A DNA stretch of 64,000 nt from a bacterium. Its GTDB lineage: Bacteria > Patescibacteriota > Minisyncoccia > Minisyncoccales > UBA10102. The stretch spans positions 12,947 through 76,946 of the forward strand of contig JAUSJT010000001.1 in assembly GCA_030647485.1 (NCBI GenBank). The letters are read 5' to 3'. Shown in pieces: positions 1-8,262 of this stretch (its first letter is position 1; every line of letters starts with the position of its first letter). The notes below the pieces were generated by a model. That model had not been told where the DNA came from. It worked only from the letters and a program-made list of their open reading frames with translations, and searched no databases. Position numbers and translations under genes: made by a program.

Positions 1-150
1 ATCGGAGAAGTTGACGCGAAAGGCAACTGGCAAGAATACGAGTTTGTGCCGGGCAAGCAGTATGAGAAGGTGGATTTCTTTATTGCGGCTTGCACCCCGG
101 AGCTTCGGAACGATATTATTAGATATTACATGGAGCAAAAACACTCATGA
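1..150 (+). CDS. 3' end of an unidentified CDS (5'-partial at window edge)
   Basis: Frame 1 is open from nt 1 to TGA at 148-150. The stop overlaps the next ATG (ATGA at 147). No recognisable motif. Confidence 0.4.
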   Translation: MGEVDAKGNWQEYEFVPGKQYEKVDFFIAACTPELRNDIIRYYMEQKHS

Positions 151-1001
151 AAAACCTCTTGGAGCTAGAACCCATACAAAAGTTTATTGCATCCGTAGGG
201 AAAGATGTAGAAAGGTTTTTCGGGAAAGATGACGGGTGCATTGTTTATCTTCGGCCGGACGGAGCTTTCTACGGCATAGGGCTCTATGAGTGGTTAAAGA
301 GGAAGAAAAAAAATCTCACCTTGGCTACCATGGAAGACGACGGCCAAGGGTTAGAGGAGCAAAAAGTGAAAGGACGTAAGGTACTTCTCGTTGACAATGA
401 TATTATTACGGGGAAAGGATACAAGAGATCAACGGAAGCAATCCGTATACGGAAAGACCGTCTTGGCATTCAAGAAGTGAAATTTGCAGTATTTTCAGAT
501 AGAGTGGGTCTTGCTAACTTTTCTGTGGCTGAGTATTCTTCTACGCCTGTATGGGGTTTTCGGGGTGTGGATGCCCTAGATCTTAAGATTATCAAATACC
601 TATCTCAAGACGGGAGGGCTTCATTCGCAGACATAGGCAAGGGCATTAAGCTTAGTTCTGTGGCGGTAAAAAACAGGGTAGACAAGCTTATGAGAGGGGG
701 TATTCTCAGCGTGATGGGAGAATTGAATATTAATCGTTTTTACGCAATATCGGCCTGTCTGCTTATTGAAGCAACGCCAAAGGCCGTTCAGACTCTTATT
801 GAGAAACTGGGGAAAAAACCAGAAGTGTATCATGTCGCCAGGAGGTCGGGAAGGCATAACTTGGTTGTATCTATTCTCGGGCAAGACATTGAAGGCATAG
901 AAGATTTTGTTGACAAAGAGGTGCGATTGGCACCAGGAGTGAGTAGGGTAGAGGTTGTTGTTGGCGAGCTTCCCGCGGTTCCCAAGACGTTCATACCCTA
1001 G
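147..1001 (+). CDS. Fusion protein: N-terminal type-I phosphoribosyltransferase-like domain plus C-terminal Lrp/AsnC-family regulator (HTH + RAM domain)
   Basis: PRTase-like PRPP loop KVLLVDNDIITGKGY. The second half has LDLKIIKYLSQDGRASFADIGKGIKLSSVAVKNRVDKLMRGGIL, typical of an AsnC HTH, followed by a ligand-domain-like region. Confidence 0.7.
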   Translation: MKNLLELEPIQKFIASVGKDVERFFGKDDGCIVYLRPDGAFYGIGLYEWLKRKKKNLTLATMEDDGQGLEEQKVKGRKVLLVDNDIITGKGYKRSTEAIRIRKDRLGIQEVKFAVFSDRVGLANFSVAEYSSTPVWGFRGVDALDLKIIKYLSQDGRASFADIGKGIKLSSVAVKNRVDKLMRGGILSVMGELNINRFYAISACLLIEATPKAVQTLIEKLGKKPEVYHVARRSGRHNLVVSILGQDIEGIEDFVDKEVRLAPGVSRVEVVVGELPAVPKTFIP

Positions 1002-1162
1002 GAAGGTATGTGGATAACCCCCTTATTTGAGAGCATTCTTGACAACGATGTTGGGTGGGGTAAAATGATTCATAAGAAAGGAATACAAAGTAGAAGAGAA
1101 GCAATACTTTAGAATCTAAAGCGTATAGCGAAAACTGCATTAAGAAAACTAATCACTCCCTC

Positions 1163-1191
1163 TTGACAAGCTTGCTTGGGAGGAATATAAT
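1163..1191 (+). promoter_or_regulatory. Consensus sigma70-like promoter (TTGACA-17 nt-TATAAT) upstream of greA
   Basis: TTGACA at 1163-1168, 17-nt spacer, TATAAT at 1186-1191. A weaker TTGACA(1039)-16 nt-TAAAAT(1061) lies further upstream. Confidence 0.5.
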
Positions 1192-1296
1192 AAAATCCCA
1201 ATATGAGAAATAGTCATTCACCAATTCAAACATCCTGTTTTTCTTCCCAATATTGCGTCGCTGTTTTTACTACCATTACCTTGCAGAAATTGCGAG

Positions 1297-1367
1297 GCCA
1301 GATTTGCTGATTATTGGAACCGTAAACATTCAATAGCAACAAATCTGGCTCCCACAAGCCAGATTTT
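1297..1367 (+). promoter_or_regulatory. greA leader with mutually exclusive hairpins (attenuator-like)
   Basis: GCCAGATTTG (1297-1306), CAAATCTGGC (1340-1349) and GCCAGATTTT (1358-1367). The middle segment can pair with either flank. The 3' hairpin is followed by a U/A-rich run and lies 20 nt before the greA ATG. Confidence 0.4.
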
Positions 1368-1387
1368 ATAAAACAAACACCATTTTC

Positions 1388-1858
1388 ATGACAGAAAACA
1401 AGTACTATCTCACAAAAGAAGGTCTAGAAAAGATAGAGAAGGATTACGAGTCCCTCCTTGAGTTGCGCAAGACGAAAACAACGGACGACGTTCCTTCCAT
1501 TTGGCATTCAGAGGACGTGAATCCAGAGTATCTCTCTTTCCAGGAAGACATGAACGTGCTTGAGGCGCGGCTGACGGAGTATGAAGATATTCTAAAGAAT
1601 GTGGAGCTGATAAGTTTGCCTCCAAAGGAGAAGAGAACGACTGTATGTTTAGGAGCGACGGTTACTGTTGATATGGGAGAAGAGGTGGATACGTTTACCA
1701 TAGTGGGGACGTTGGAAGCGGATCCTTCTCAAAAGAAAATTTCAGATGCATCACCGCTTGGGAAAGGACTCCTCGGGACAAAAGAAGGCGACTTCGTAAA
1801 GGTAACTGCTTTTGTAGCAAACCACGATTGCAAAATTCTTAAGGTGCGGTACGTTTAA
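1388..1858 (+). CDS. greA: Transcription elongation factor GreA
   Basis: 156 aa. N-terminal coiled-coil (YLTKEGLEKIEKDYESLLELRK) and a C-terminal globular domain with the SDASPLGKGLLG motif typical of Gre factors. Confidence 0.9.
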   Translation: MTENKYYLTKEGLEKIEKDYESLLELRKTKTTDDVPSIWHSEDVNPEYLSFQEDMNVLEARLTEYEDILKNVELISLPPKEKRTTVCLGATVTVDMGEEVDTFTIVGTLEADPSQKKISDASPLGKGLLGTKEGDFVKVTAFVANHDCKILKVRYV

Positions 1859-1861
1859 TCC

Positions 1862-3223
1862 ATGTCTATACTGCGGTATTCCCCATTCAAGCCTGGGGAC
1901 CTAAGTGTTCAAGAAAGAAAGATTCTGAAAAAACTCACTGCAGCAGCAGAGAGTATTTCTTTTCTTTATGACTCGCAAAAGAACCCCAGATACGCTGGGG
2001 CAAATTTTTATCCTTCCAATGCGACGCTAGAAGAACTTGAGAAGGCTGGAAAGAGTAACCCAGAAATTTTGAGCCCCTACACGTTTGTGAAACGAGATAC
2101 CTCAGGAGGATTGATTGCAATTCCCTATAGAGTGAGATTTCAGAAAGAATTACAAAAAGTTGCAGCATTGCTCAGGGAAGCAGCCGCTCTCACGGCAGAG
2201 AAACCCTCTAAGGCGTATCTAAAAGCAAGAGCAGATGATCTTCTCATTGATCACTACGATAGGAGCAATATTGCATGGCTGAAGACAGAAAAATCCAAGG
2301 TTGGATTTATCATAGGGCCCTTTGATAGGTATATTGATAAAATCTTCTTCCAGAAACGTGCGTATATGGCATGGCTGGGGGTGCTTGATGAAAGCACAAC
2401 CCGAGAGATGGAACGTTTTAAGACAACCCTTCTTGTAAGCGAACGCAAATATCTGTCTGGAGCAAAATGGGTGAAAGTCTCAAAAGTGAATATACGTGTT
2501 GAGGACACAATCTTGTTCTCAGGGCTGGTCGCAGACTTCCCTTTTACGGGTAACACACTCCCTTCTTCTGCGGATCTCCATTTGCACAAAAAATACGGCA
2601 GCATCTTTACCATTTTTAAACCCATTGTTCGTGAAAGATTTTCTCGATGGATTTATCCGATTTTTCAGAACTTATTCTCTCAAGAGATTCAACAACGATA
2701 TCCACGAGAAAAACTTGAAGCCATGTTTTTGCAGTCGAGCGTCATCCACCATGCATGCCATTCGCTCATGCGTTATACGGATGCAACTTCTCGTCTTGGA
2801 GGATATTTCCCCTATTTTGACGAACTTTATACCGATCTTCTCGGAATAAAAGGATGCACCACCCTCCTATTAAAGGGAGCGTTTACAAACGAAGAGATAG
2901 AGATGCTGATTCTTATAACCATCTGTCATGGTCTGTACTACTACGGGGCCCTCAAGAAGTTTCCACACCTTGAACAATTTACTCAAGGGCATGCCATTCT
3001 TTTTTACTTCCTCCTAAGTGGCAAGGCTCTCCAAAAGAGTAAAAAAAGATTTCGAATAGATTTCCATCGAGCCTTGATGGTAGTCAATCAGCTTTCCTCT
3101 ATCGTTGAATACTACATGGCGCTTGGAAAGCGCAACGAAGCCAGCGAATTCTTGAAGAAATTTCCCATTCAAAAGACCTTTAGAGATTTTAACAAGTATA
3201 TCCCTAAGGGAGAGGCAGGTTGA
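1862..3223 (+). CDS. Peptidase M49 (DPP III)/NUDT3-C-terminal-like protein with degenerate metal motif (HHACH in place of HExxH)
   Basis: 453-aa ORF. GANFYP..ATLEELE and ADDLLIDHYDRSNIAWL..GPFDRYIDK resemble the bacterial M49-like family as I recall it. Assignment made by eye only. Confidence 0.45.
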   Translation: MSILRYSPFKPGDLSVQERKILKKLTAAAESISFLYDSQKNPRYAGANFYPSNATLEELEKAGKSNPEILSPYTFVKRDTSGGLIAIPYRVRFQKELQKVAALLREAAALTAEKPSKAYLKARADDLLIDHYDRSNIAWLKTEKSKVGFIIGPFDRYIDKIFFQKRAYMAWLGVLDESTTREMERFKTTLLVSERKYLSGAKWVKVSKVNIRVEDTILFSGLVADFPFTGNTLPSSADLHLHKKYGSIFTIFKPIVRERFSRWIYPIFQNLFSQEIQQRYPREKLEAMFLQSSVIHHACHSLMRYTDATSRLGGYFPYFDELYTDLLGIKGCTTLLLKGAFTNEEIEMLILITICHGLYYYGALKKFPHLEQFTQGHAILFYFLLSGKALQKSKKRFRIDFHRALMVVNQLSSIVEYYMALGKRNEASEFLKKFPIQKTFRDFNKYIPKGEAG

Positions 3224-3308
3224 CAGGAAGAAGTATATGGTGCATAATGATGTCCCAGTCAATGTAGCTCTTTAAGTCCAAGAAACGCGGAAAAGAAGGA
3301 GGTGTATC

Positions 3309-4253
3309 ATGTTGGCAATCGTAGTCCACGGCGGAGCTAGTGCGATCACCTCCTCGCCGGAACAGAAAGAGGGGGTCAGGATAGCGGGAGATAGGGGTAT
3401 GGAAAATCTCCGTGGCGGAGGACACGCGCTCGACGCGGTGCTGGCTGGGGGTACATACCTAGAAGGAACCTCGCTTTACAATGCCGGGTCTGGGTCATTG
3501 GTCAGATTTGATCCTAGGATGGGCATCTTCCGCATCCAAATGGATGCAATGATTGCAACCTCCGGTGGATTCCAAGGCGGAGTGATAGGGGTAGAAGGGG
3601 TGAAACACCCTCTTTTGCTCGCCGCAGAGGTTCCAAAGCGGACACCTCACCTCGCGATGAGTTGGGACGAGGGTTTGGAACGGATAGCAAGAGAGACTGG
3701 TCTTGACCCACATCCAGGCCCGAGCGAGTTCGCAATCAATCGCTTCCTGCAGTCGCTGTCAGGCATGACAGAGGCAGAAATCGCCGAGATGGCACCAGAC
3801 TGGACGAGGGAGAGCATTCTCAGGCGCTTGGAAGAACTGCATGGGAGTGGCAGCAAGAATCTTCTCTCTAACGGCCAGGATTGCGATACGGTGGCAGTAC
3901 TGGGGCTCGACTCCTTTGGCGAGCTCGCAGTAGGTTCTTCTACTGGCGGCATGGGTACAATGTGGATAGGTCGGGTTGGTGATGTGATTGAACGAGGCTC
4001 TGGATGGGAAATTGGTCCCTATGCCGTAGTTGCTACAACGGGGTTGGGTGAAGCGATCAAACAGGATAGAGTAGCGCAGACGGTATACCGTCGCATCGTG
4101 GAGGAAGGACGTGATCCAGATGCGGTCTGCAAAGAGTTTGTGGCCGGGTATGACCCTTCAATACCATTGGGGGTCGTTGCCCTTACCATACAGGGCAAGA
4201 TAGGCAAAGCATCAAATCGTGACATGCCTGTCTACTCCGATGTAGAGCTGTGA
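3309..4253 (+). CDS. Isoaspartyl peptidase / L-asparaginase (Ntn-hydrolase, plant-type asparaginase family)
   Basis: Starts MLAIVVHGGA. Autoprocessing/nucleophile region DTVAVLGLDSFGELAVGSSTGGM. Strong SD (AAGGAGG) 7 nt upstream. Visibly GC-richer than its neighbours. Confidence 0.85.
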   Translation: MLAIVVHGGASAITSSPEQKEGVRIAGDRGMENLRGGGHALDAVLAGGTYLEGTSLYNAGSGSLVRFDPRMGIFRIQMDAMIATSGGFQGGVIGVEGVKHPLLLAAEVPKRTPHLAMSWDEGLERIARETGLDPHPGPSEFAINRFLQSLSGMTEAEIAEMAPDWTRESILRRLEELHGSGSKNLLSNGQDCDTVAVLGLDSFGELAVGSSTGGMGTMWIGRVGDVIERGSGWEIGPYAVVATTGLGEAIKQDRVAQTVYRRIVEEGRDPDAVCKEFVAGYDPSIPLGVVALTIQGKIGKASNRDMPVYSDVEL

Positions 4254-4260
4254 GCTCAAG

Positions 4261-4306
4261 GCCTCTGTTCTCGTCTTATGGACGAGGACAGGGGTCTCTT
4301 TTTTTT
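4261..4306 (+). terminator. Rho-independent terminator after the asparaginase-like gene, followed by TGGTATAAT extended -10 (4311-4319)
   Basis: CCTCTGTTCTCGTC / GACGAGGACAGGGG stem followed by a run of 9 T. Confidence 0.7.
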
Positions 4307-4328
4307 TGGCGTGGTATAATGCGAAAAC

Positions 4329-6050
4329 ATGAAAAACCAAGAAATCGCAAAGATTTTCACCAATCTGGCAACCTATCTGTACATGGATGATGTTCCGTTC
4401 AAGCCCCAAGCGTACGAGAGGGCTGCCATGGCTTTGGAGTCTCTTTCAACAGATATTCAAGATATCTACAAGAAAGAAGGGTTAAGGGGGTTGGAGGCAA
4501 TTACTGGCATTGGGAAAGGTATTGCTTTGCGAATTGAAGAATATGTGAAGACCGGGAAGATTGGGGATTACGAGGAATACCGAAAGAAGATTCCAGTAAA
4601 TCTAGAGGAACTCACATCGGTAGAAGGTATCGGACCCAAGATGGTGCGCGATCTCTGGAAGCTCTTAAAGATCAGGGATCTTAAGGATTTAGAGAAAGCT
4701 GCAAAAGCAGGCAAGATTCAAAGGCTCCCGAACTTTGGGGAAAAGACAGAGCAGAACATTTTAGAAAGCATTGCCTTTGTGAAGCGTTCTCATGGTAGAT
4801 GGCTTCTTGGGGGTATCTATTCCCATGTTGAAGAGCTGATTGCGCTCTTGAAGTCCTCTGGGCTGGTTAAAGAAGCGGTGGCCGCAGGGTCTGTTCGGCG
4901 CATGAGAGAAACCGTTGGGGATATGGATCTTCTGGTTACTACAAAAAAGCCAAAAGAGGTTATAGACTACTTCCTTTCTAGGGTTCCTTCAGAAAAGCTC
5001 TGGGGCAGGGGTCCTACAAAAGTTTCTTTGAGGACCAGCCAAGGATTTGATATTGACGTTCGCGTTCTGCAAGAGGACGTGTTCGGCGCAGGACTGCAGT
5101 ATTTTACGGGCTCCAAAGAGCACAACGTAAAGTTGAGGACGCATGCGGCCCAGCTCGGCTTTAAGGTTTCAGAGTACGGAGTGTTTAAGGGTAAAAAGCG
5201 CATTGCGTGCAAGACAGAAGAAGACGTATATAAAGTACTGGGTATGCCATATATTGAGCCCGAACTTAGGGAAGACCAGGGAGAGATTGAGGCAGCTTTG
5301 GGACACAAACTTCCTCGTCTTATCCCGTATGACTCTCTGAAGGGAGACCTTCAAGTACAGACTGATTGGACCGACGGAAAGAACTCTATTCTAGAAATGG
5401 CAAAAGCGGCACAAAAACACGGCTTAGAATATATTGCTATTACCGATCATACAAAGGATCTTGCCATGACAGGCGGAGCTGACGAGAAAAAGCTTTTTCG
5501 CCAAATGGCAGAGATAGATAAGGTACAGAAGAAGATCCCGGGTATTACAATTCTTAAGGGGGCCGAGGTGAATATTAGGAAAGACGGAACCCTGGATATC
5601 ACAGACGAGGTTTTATCCAGGCTTGATGTGGTGGGCGCGTCTGTGCACTCAAGCTTCAAAATGACAGAAAAAGACATGACCGAGCGCATCGTGAGAGCTA
5701 TGAGAAATCCTCATGTGGATATCCTCTTTCATCCTACGGGTAGATCCATGCCCAAAAGAGATGCGTACGATCTTGATATGGAAGTTGTTATTGATGAAGC
5801 AAAGAAAACGGATACCATCCTTGAAATCAATGCGCAGCCTAGACGTCTTGATCTCAAAGATGTCCATATCCGTAAGGTAAAAGAAGCAGGAGTAAAAATG
5901 ATCATTGATTCTGATGCGCATAGTATTGAGCACTTCAAGTTTTTAAGATACGGGATAGCTCAAGCCAGAAGGGGGTGGGCAGAGGCAAAGGACATTGTGA
6001 ATACCCAGCCTCTTGAGAAATGTCTGAAATTGTTTAAGAATAGAGGATAA
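4329..6050 (+). CDS. polX: Family X DNA polymerase with C-terminal PHP phosphoesterase domain (PolX)
   Basis: 573 aa. N-terminal HhH/8-kDa domain (IAKIFTNLATYLYMDDVPFKPQAYERAA), GDMDLLV catalytic aspartates, and PHP motifs (ITDHT, HSSF, DSDAH). Confidence 0.9.
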   Translation: MKNQEIAKIFTNLATYLYMDDVPFKPQAYERAAMALESLSTDIQDIYKKEGLRGLEAITGIGKGIALRIEEYVKTGKIGDYEEYRKKIPVNLEELTSVEGIGPKMVRDLWKLLKIRDLKDLEKAAKAGKIQRLPNFGEKTEQNILESIAFVKRSHGRWLLGGIYSHVEELIALLKSSGLVKEAVAAGSVRRMRETVGDMDLLVTTKKPKEVIDYFLSRVPSEKLWGRGPTKVSLRTSQGFDIDVRVLQEDVFGAGLQYFTGSKEHNVKLRTHAAQLGFKVSEYGVFKGKKRIACKTEEDVYKVLGMPYIEPELREDQGEIEAALGHKLPRLIPYDSLKGDLQVQTDWTDGKNSILEMAKAAQKHGLEYIAITDHTKDLAMTGGADEKKLFRQMAEIDKVQKKIPGITILKGAEVNIRKDGTLDITDEVLSRLDVVGASVHSSFKMTEKDMTERIVRAMRNPHVDILFHPTGRSMPKRDAYDLDMEVVIDEAKKTDTILEINAQPRRLDLKDVHIRKVKEAGVKMIIDSDAHSIEHFKFLRYGIAQARRGWAEAKDIVNTQPLEKCLKLFKNRG

Positions 6051-6066
6051 TGTATAACAAATCGTT

Positions 6067-6528
6067 ATGGCTAAAGAATATTCCGCGGGAGCAGTGATTT
6101 TCCGCAAGGACCCTATGGGTACGCAGTATCTACTGCTCCATTACCCCTCTGGTTCAAAAACTAAAAAAGAGTATTGGGATTTTGCCAAAGGTCACCTGGA
6201 AGCAGGGGAGACGGAACTTGTTACGGCGCTGCGCGAGGTGTTTGAGGAAACGGGCCTGCGGAACGTGCGCATTGTCCCTGACTTTCGAGAGGTTATTCAG
6301 TACTACTTTAAAGCAGAAGGAAGAACAGTATTTAAGACAGTTGTTTTTTATTTAGGAGAGACAAAAGAAAAAACCATACGCATTTCTTCCGAACACCAAG
6401 GGTTTTTATGGCTCCCTTTTAAAGAAGCGATGAAGTATTTAAAGTTTGCCAATGCAAAAAAAATCCTCACAAAGACCCATGCGTTCCTTCAAGGACAGAG
6501 TGTACGAAGCGGTAAAAACCATTCCTAA
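6067..6528 (+). CDS. NUDIX hydrolase
   Basis: Nudix box GHLEAGETELVTALREVFEETGL. Confidence 0.85.
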   Translation: MAKEYSAGAVIFRKDPMGTQYLLLHYPSGSKTKKEYWDFAKGHLEAGETELVTALREVFEETGLRNVRIVPDFREVIQYYFKAEGRTVFKTVVFYLGETKEKTIRISSEHQGFLWLPFKEAMKYLKFANAKKILTKTHAFLQGQSVRSGKNHS

Positions 6529-6766
6529 GGGAAAGGTGTTCACGTACCGGGACGTTGCGTTCTTGGCAGGTTCTCTTGGGGCGTATCGCGCAGTAGGAAC
6601 CGCGCTATCAAAAAACAGGGACCCTGAGGTTCCCTGTCATAGAGTCATTCGGTCAGACGGGAAAATAGGAGGATATAACCAAGGCAGTAAAAAGAAGGAA
6701 TCTTTACTGAAAAAAGAGGGAGTTTCTATTAGCTCTTTGCCTTCTCTACGATCTTTGCAAATATAG
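6479..6766 (+). CDS. MGMT-family protein (methylated-DNA--protein-cysteine methyltransferase, DNA-binding/active-site domain only)
   Basis: PCHRVIRSDGKIGGY active-site motif with the cysteine present. I prefer the internal start MRSFKDRVYEAV (6479) over the track start 6446, which overlaps the Nudix gene. Confidence 0.75.
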   Translation: MRSFKDRVYEAVKTIPKGKVFTYRDVAFLAGSLGAYRAVGTALSKNRDPEVPCHRVIRSDGKIGGYNQGSKKKESLLKKEGVSISSLPSLRSLQI

Positions 6767-7076
6767 CTGGGTTCTTTTGGAGAATCTCGCTAAGAATCTT
6801 GCGGTCAAGCTCAATGCTATGTTTCTTGAGTAAGGGGATAAGTTTGCTATATGAAAGGCCTTGAGCCTTGGCTGCAGCTCCAATCTTGAGTTGCCAGATA
6901 GCTCTGAATACCCCTTTCTTTGCCTTGCGGTCGCGATATGCGTATTCTTGCGCATGGCGCAGCGCATCCTTTGCGGTGCGGTATTTTGATTTTCTTCCCC
7001 AACGAAACCCCTTTGTCTGGGCTAAGGTTTTTTTTCGGCGCTTGTGCGCTATTGTTCCTCGCTTTACTCGTGCCAT
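6729..7076 (-). CDS. rplT: 50S ribosomal protein L20
   Basis: MARVKRGTIAHKRRKKTLAQTKGFRWGRKSKYR is a canonical L20 N-terminus. Confidence 0.95.
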   Translation of the reverse strand: MARVKRGTIAHKRRKKTLAQTKGFRWGRKSKYRTAKDALRHAQEYAYRDRKAKKGVFRAIWQLKIGAAAKAQGLSYSKLIPLLKKHSIELDRKILSEILQKNPAIFAKIVEKAKS

Positions 7077-7082
7077 GGGTGT

Positions 7083-7277
7083 TTACGAAACCAGTATTCT
7101 TCTTATCGCTCTTGCTTCAGAGGGGTTCAACGTAACCCATTTTCTTTTCTGGCGTATCTGTTTTGACGTTTTCTTTGCACGCGAATGGTCTTGTCCGGAT
7201 AACCTTCTCAATATCTTCCCTGTACTGGTAAGCTTGAAGCGTTTTACAATAGATTTTCTTGATTTCAGTTTGCTCAT
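7083..7277 (-). CDS. rpmI: 50S ribosomal protein L35
   Basis: 64 aa, MSKLKSRKSIVKRFKLTSTGKILRR. Sits in the conserved infC-rpmI-rplT order. Confidence 0.9.
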   Translation of the reverse strand: MSKLKSRKSIVKRFKLTSTGKILRRLSGQDHSRAKKTSKQIRQKRKWVTLNPSEARAIRRILVS

Positions 7278-7783
7278 TATGCTTTAGCTACGATCATGGA
7301 TAACCCTCGTGGTTCTCTGGTCAGTGTTTTTTCTATCTTTATTGAAAGTATGGGCTGGAGAATCTCAATGAATTTTGCCATTTTTTCTCTGGCATATCCC
7401 TCCAGGGCTTTTTCTCTCCCGTGTAGGGGAAGGGTAATGCGTATGCGGTCTCCTCGTCCCAAGAATTTCTCTGCTTGGCGTACTCTCGTTTCAATGTCGT
7501 GAGGGGATATGTTAAAGGAGAGCCGCACCTCTTTCAATTCTCCGCCTTGGCGCTTTTGGACTTTTCGGTCCTTTTTTCCTTGTTGATACAAGAACTTTCC
7601 GTAGTCTCCCAGTTTGCATATAGGGGGATCTACCTTTTCTGACACCTGGATAACGTCGAGCTTGCGTTCTTTTGCAACTAAAAGTGCATCTGCAAGCGCC
7701 ATAACCCCAAGCTGTTTTCCTGCCTCGTCAATGAGGCGGACTTGGGAGGCTTTAATTTGGGTATTGATGAATACTCTATTCAA
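7277..7783 (-). CDS. infC: Translation initiation factor IF-3 (non-ATG start, TTG at 7783-7781)
   Basis: IKASQVRLIDEAGKQLGVM N-domain and C-domain LKEVRLSFNISPHDIETR. Operon context fits. Confidence 0.9.
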   Translation of the reverse strand: MNRVFINTQIKASQVRLIDEAGKQLGVMALADALLVAKERKLDVIQVSEKVDPPICKLGDYGKFLYQQGKKDRKVQKRQGGELKEVRLSFNISPHDIETRVRQAEKFLGRGDRIRITLPLHGREKALEGYAREKMAKFIEILQPILSIKIEKTLTREPRGLSMIVAKA

Positions 7784-7820
7784 TGTGTGGTGATTTGAAA
7801 AATTTTATGTAATGAAATTT

Positions 7821-7906
7821 TCAGTTTCCCCCGTGTAGGAAAACAGCGAGCGAAGCGAGCGTTAGAAACCGTGGGTTTCTAAAAGAGGGGGGTCGGGGGA
7901 AACTGT
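7821..7906 (-). promoter_or_regulatory. Large stem-enclosed structure between the tmRNA 3' end and infC (trailer/terminator or infC-operon leader)
   Basis: 12-bp inverted repeat CAGTTTCCCCCG (7821-7832) / CGGGGGAAACTG (7895-7906). It encloses an AGAAACC-GTG-GGTTTCT hairpin and a tandem GCGAGCGA repeat. Confidence 0.35.
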
Positions 7907-7915
7907 GTGATCGTG

Positions 7916-8262
7916 TGGAGGTGGGGACGGTGAAGTCCCGTGCAGAGAGATAGAACATTATAGTCTACAGGCGTGTCCCAATTAAGAAGCGAGAAGGAGA
8001 TTAAATTGGGCGAAATTCCCCATCTCTTTGATCCATTTGTTTTGGAAACTTCTCGGATTAGGGAAGCTTCCTATCTCATTGATGACGCCCTTCTCGCGTA
8101 ATGAGAATTCGCAAGAGGACGGCTGCAGCCTTAAGCTACAGCAAGAGCCCTTTGTGGGCTGAATATGTTGGCAGTTGTATGTCTTCCAAGTTCTTTTGCG
8201 AGGACCTTGGAACCTCGGCCTGCGTAGTATGTTCGTTCTCGCTGTCAAGGCAAGTCACCCCC
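7916..8262 (-). ncRNA. ssrA: tmRNA (SsrA), about 347 nt, CCA not encoded
   Basis: 5' end is GGGGGUGACUUGCCUUGACAGCGAG and 3' end is GGGACUUCACCGUCCC-CACCUCC-A. The 7-bp acceptor stem GGGGGUG/CACCUCC includes the G3:U70 alanine identity pair. Tag ORF GCC AAC ... GCU UAA lies at 8172-8131. Immediately downstream of smpB. Confidence 0.85.

Noticed and set aside
6446-6478. Track start of the MGMT-like ORF overlapping the Nudix gene by 83 nt
   Set aside because: The conserved domain starts near MRSFKDRVYEAV. The upstream codons lie within the Nudix coding frame, so the internal ATG at 6479 is more plausible.
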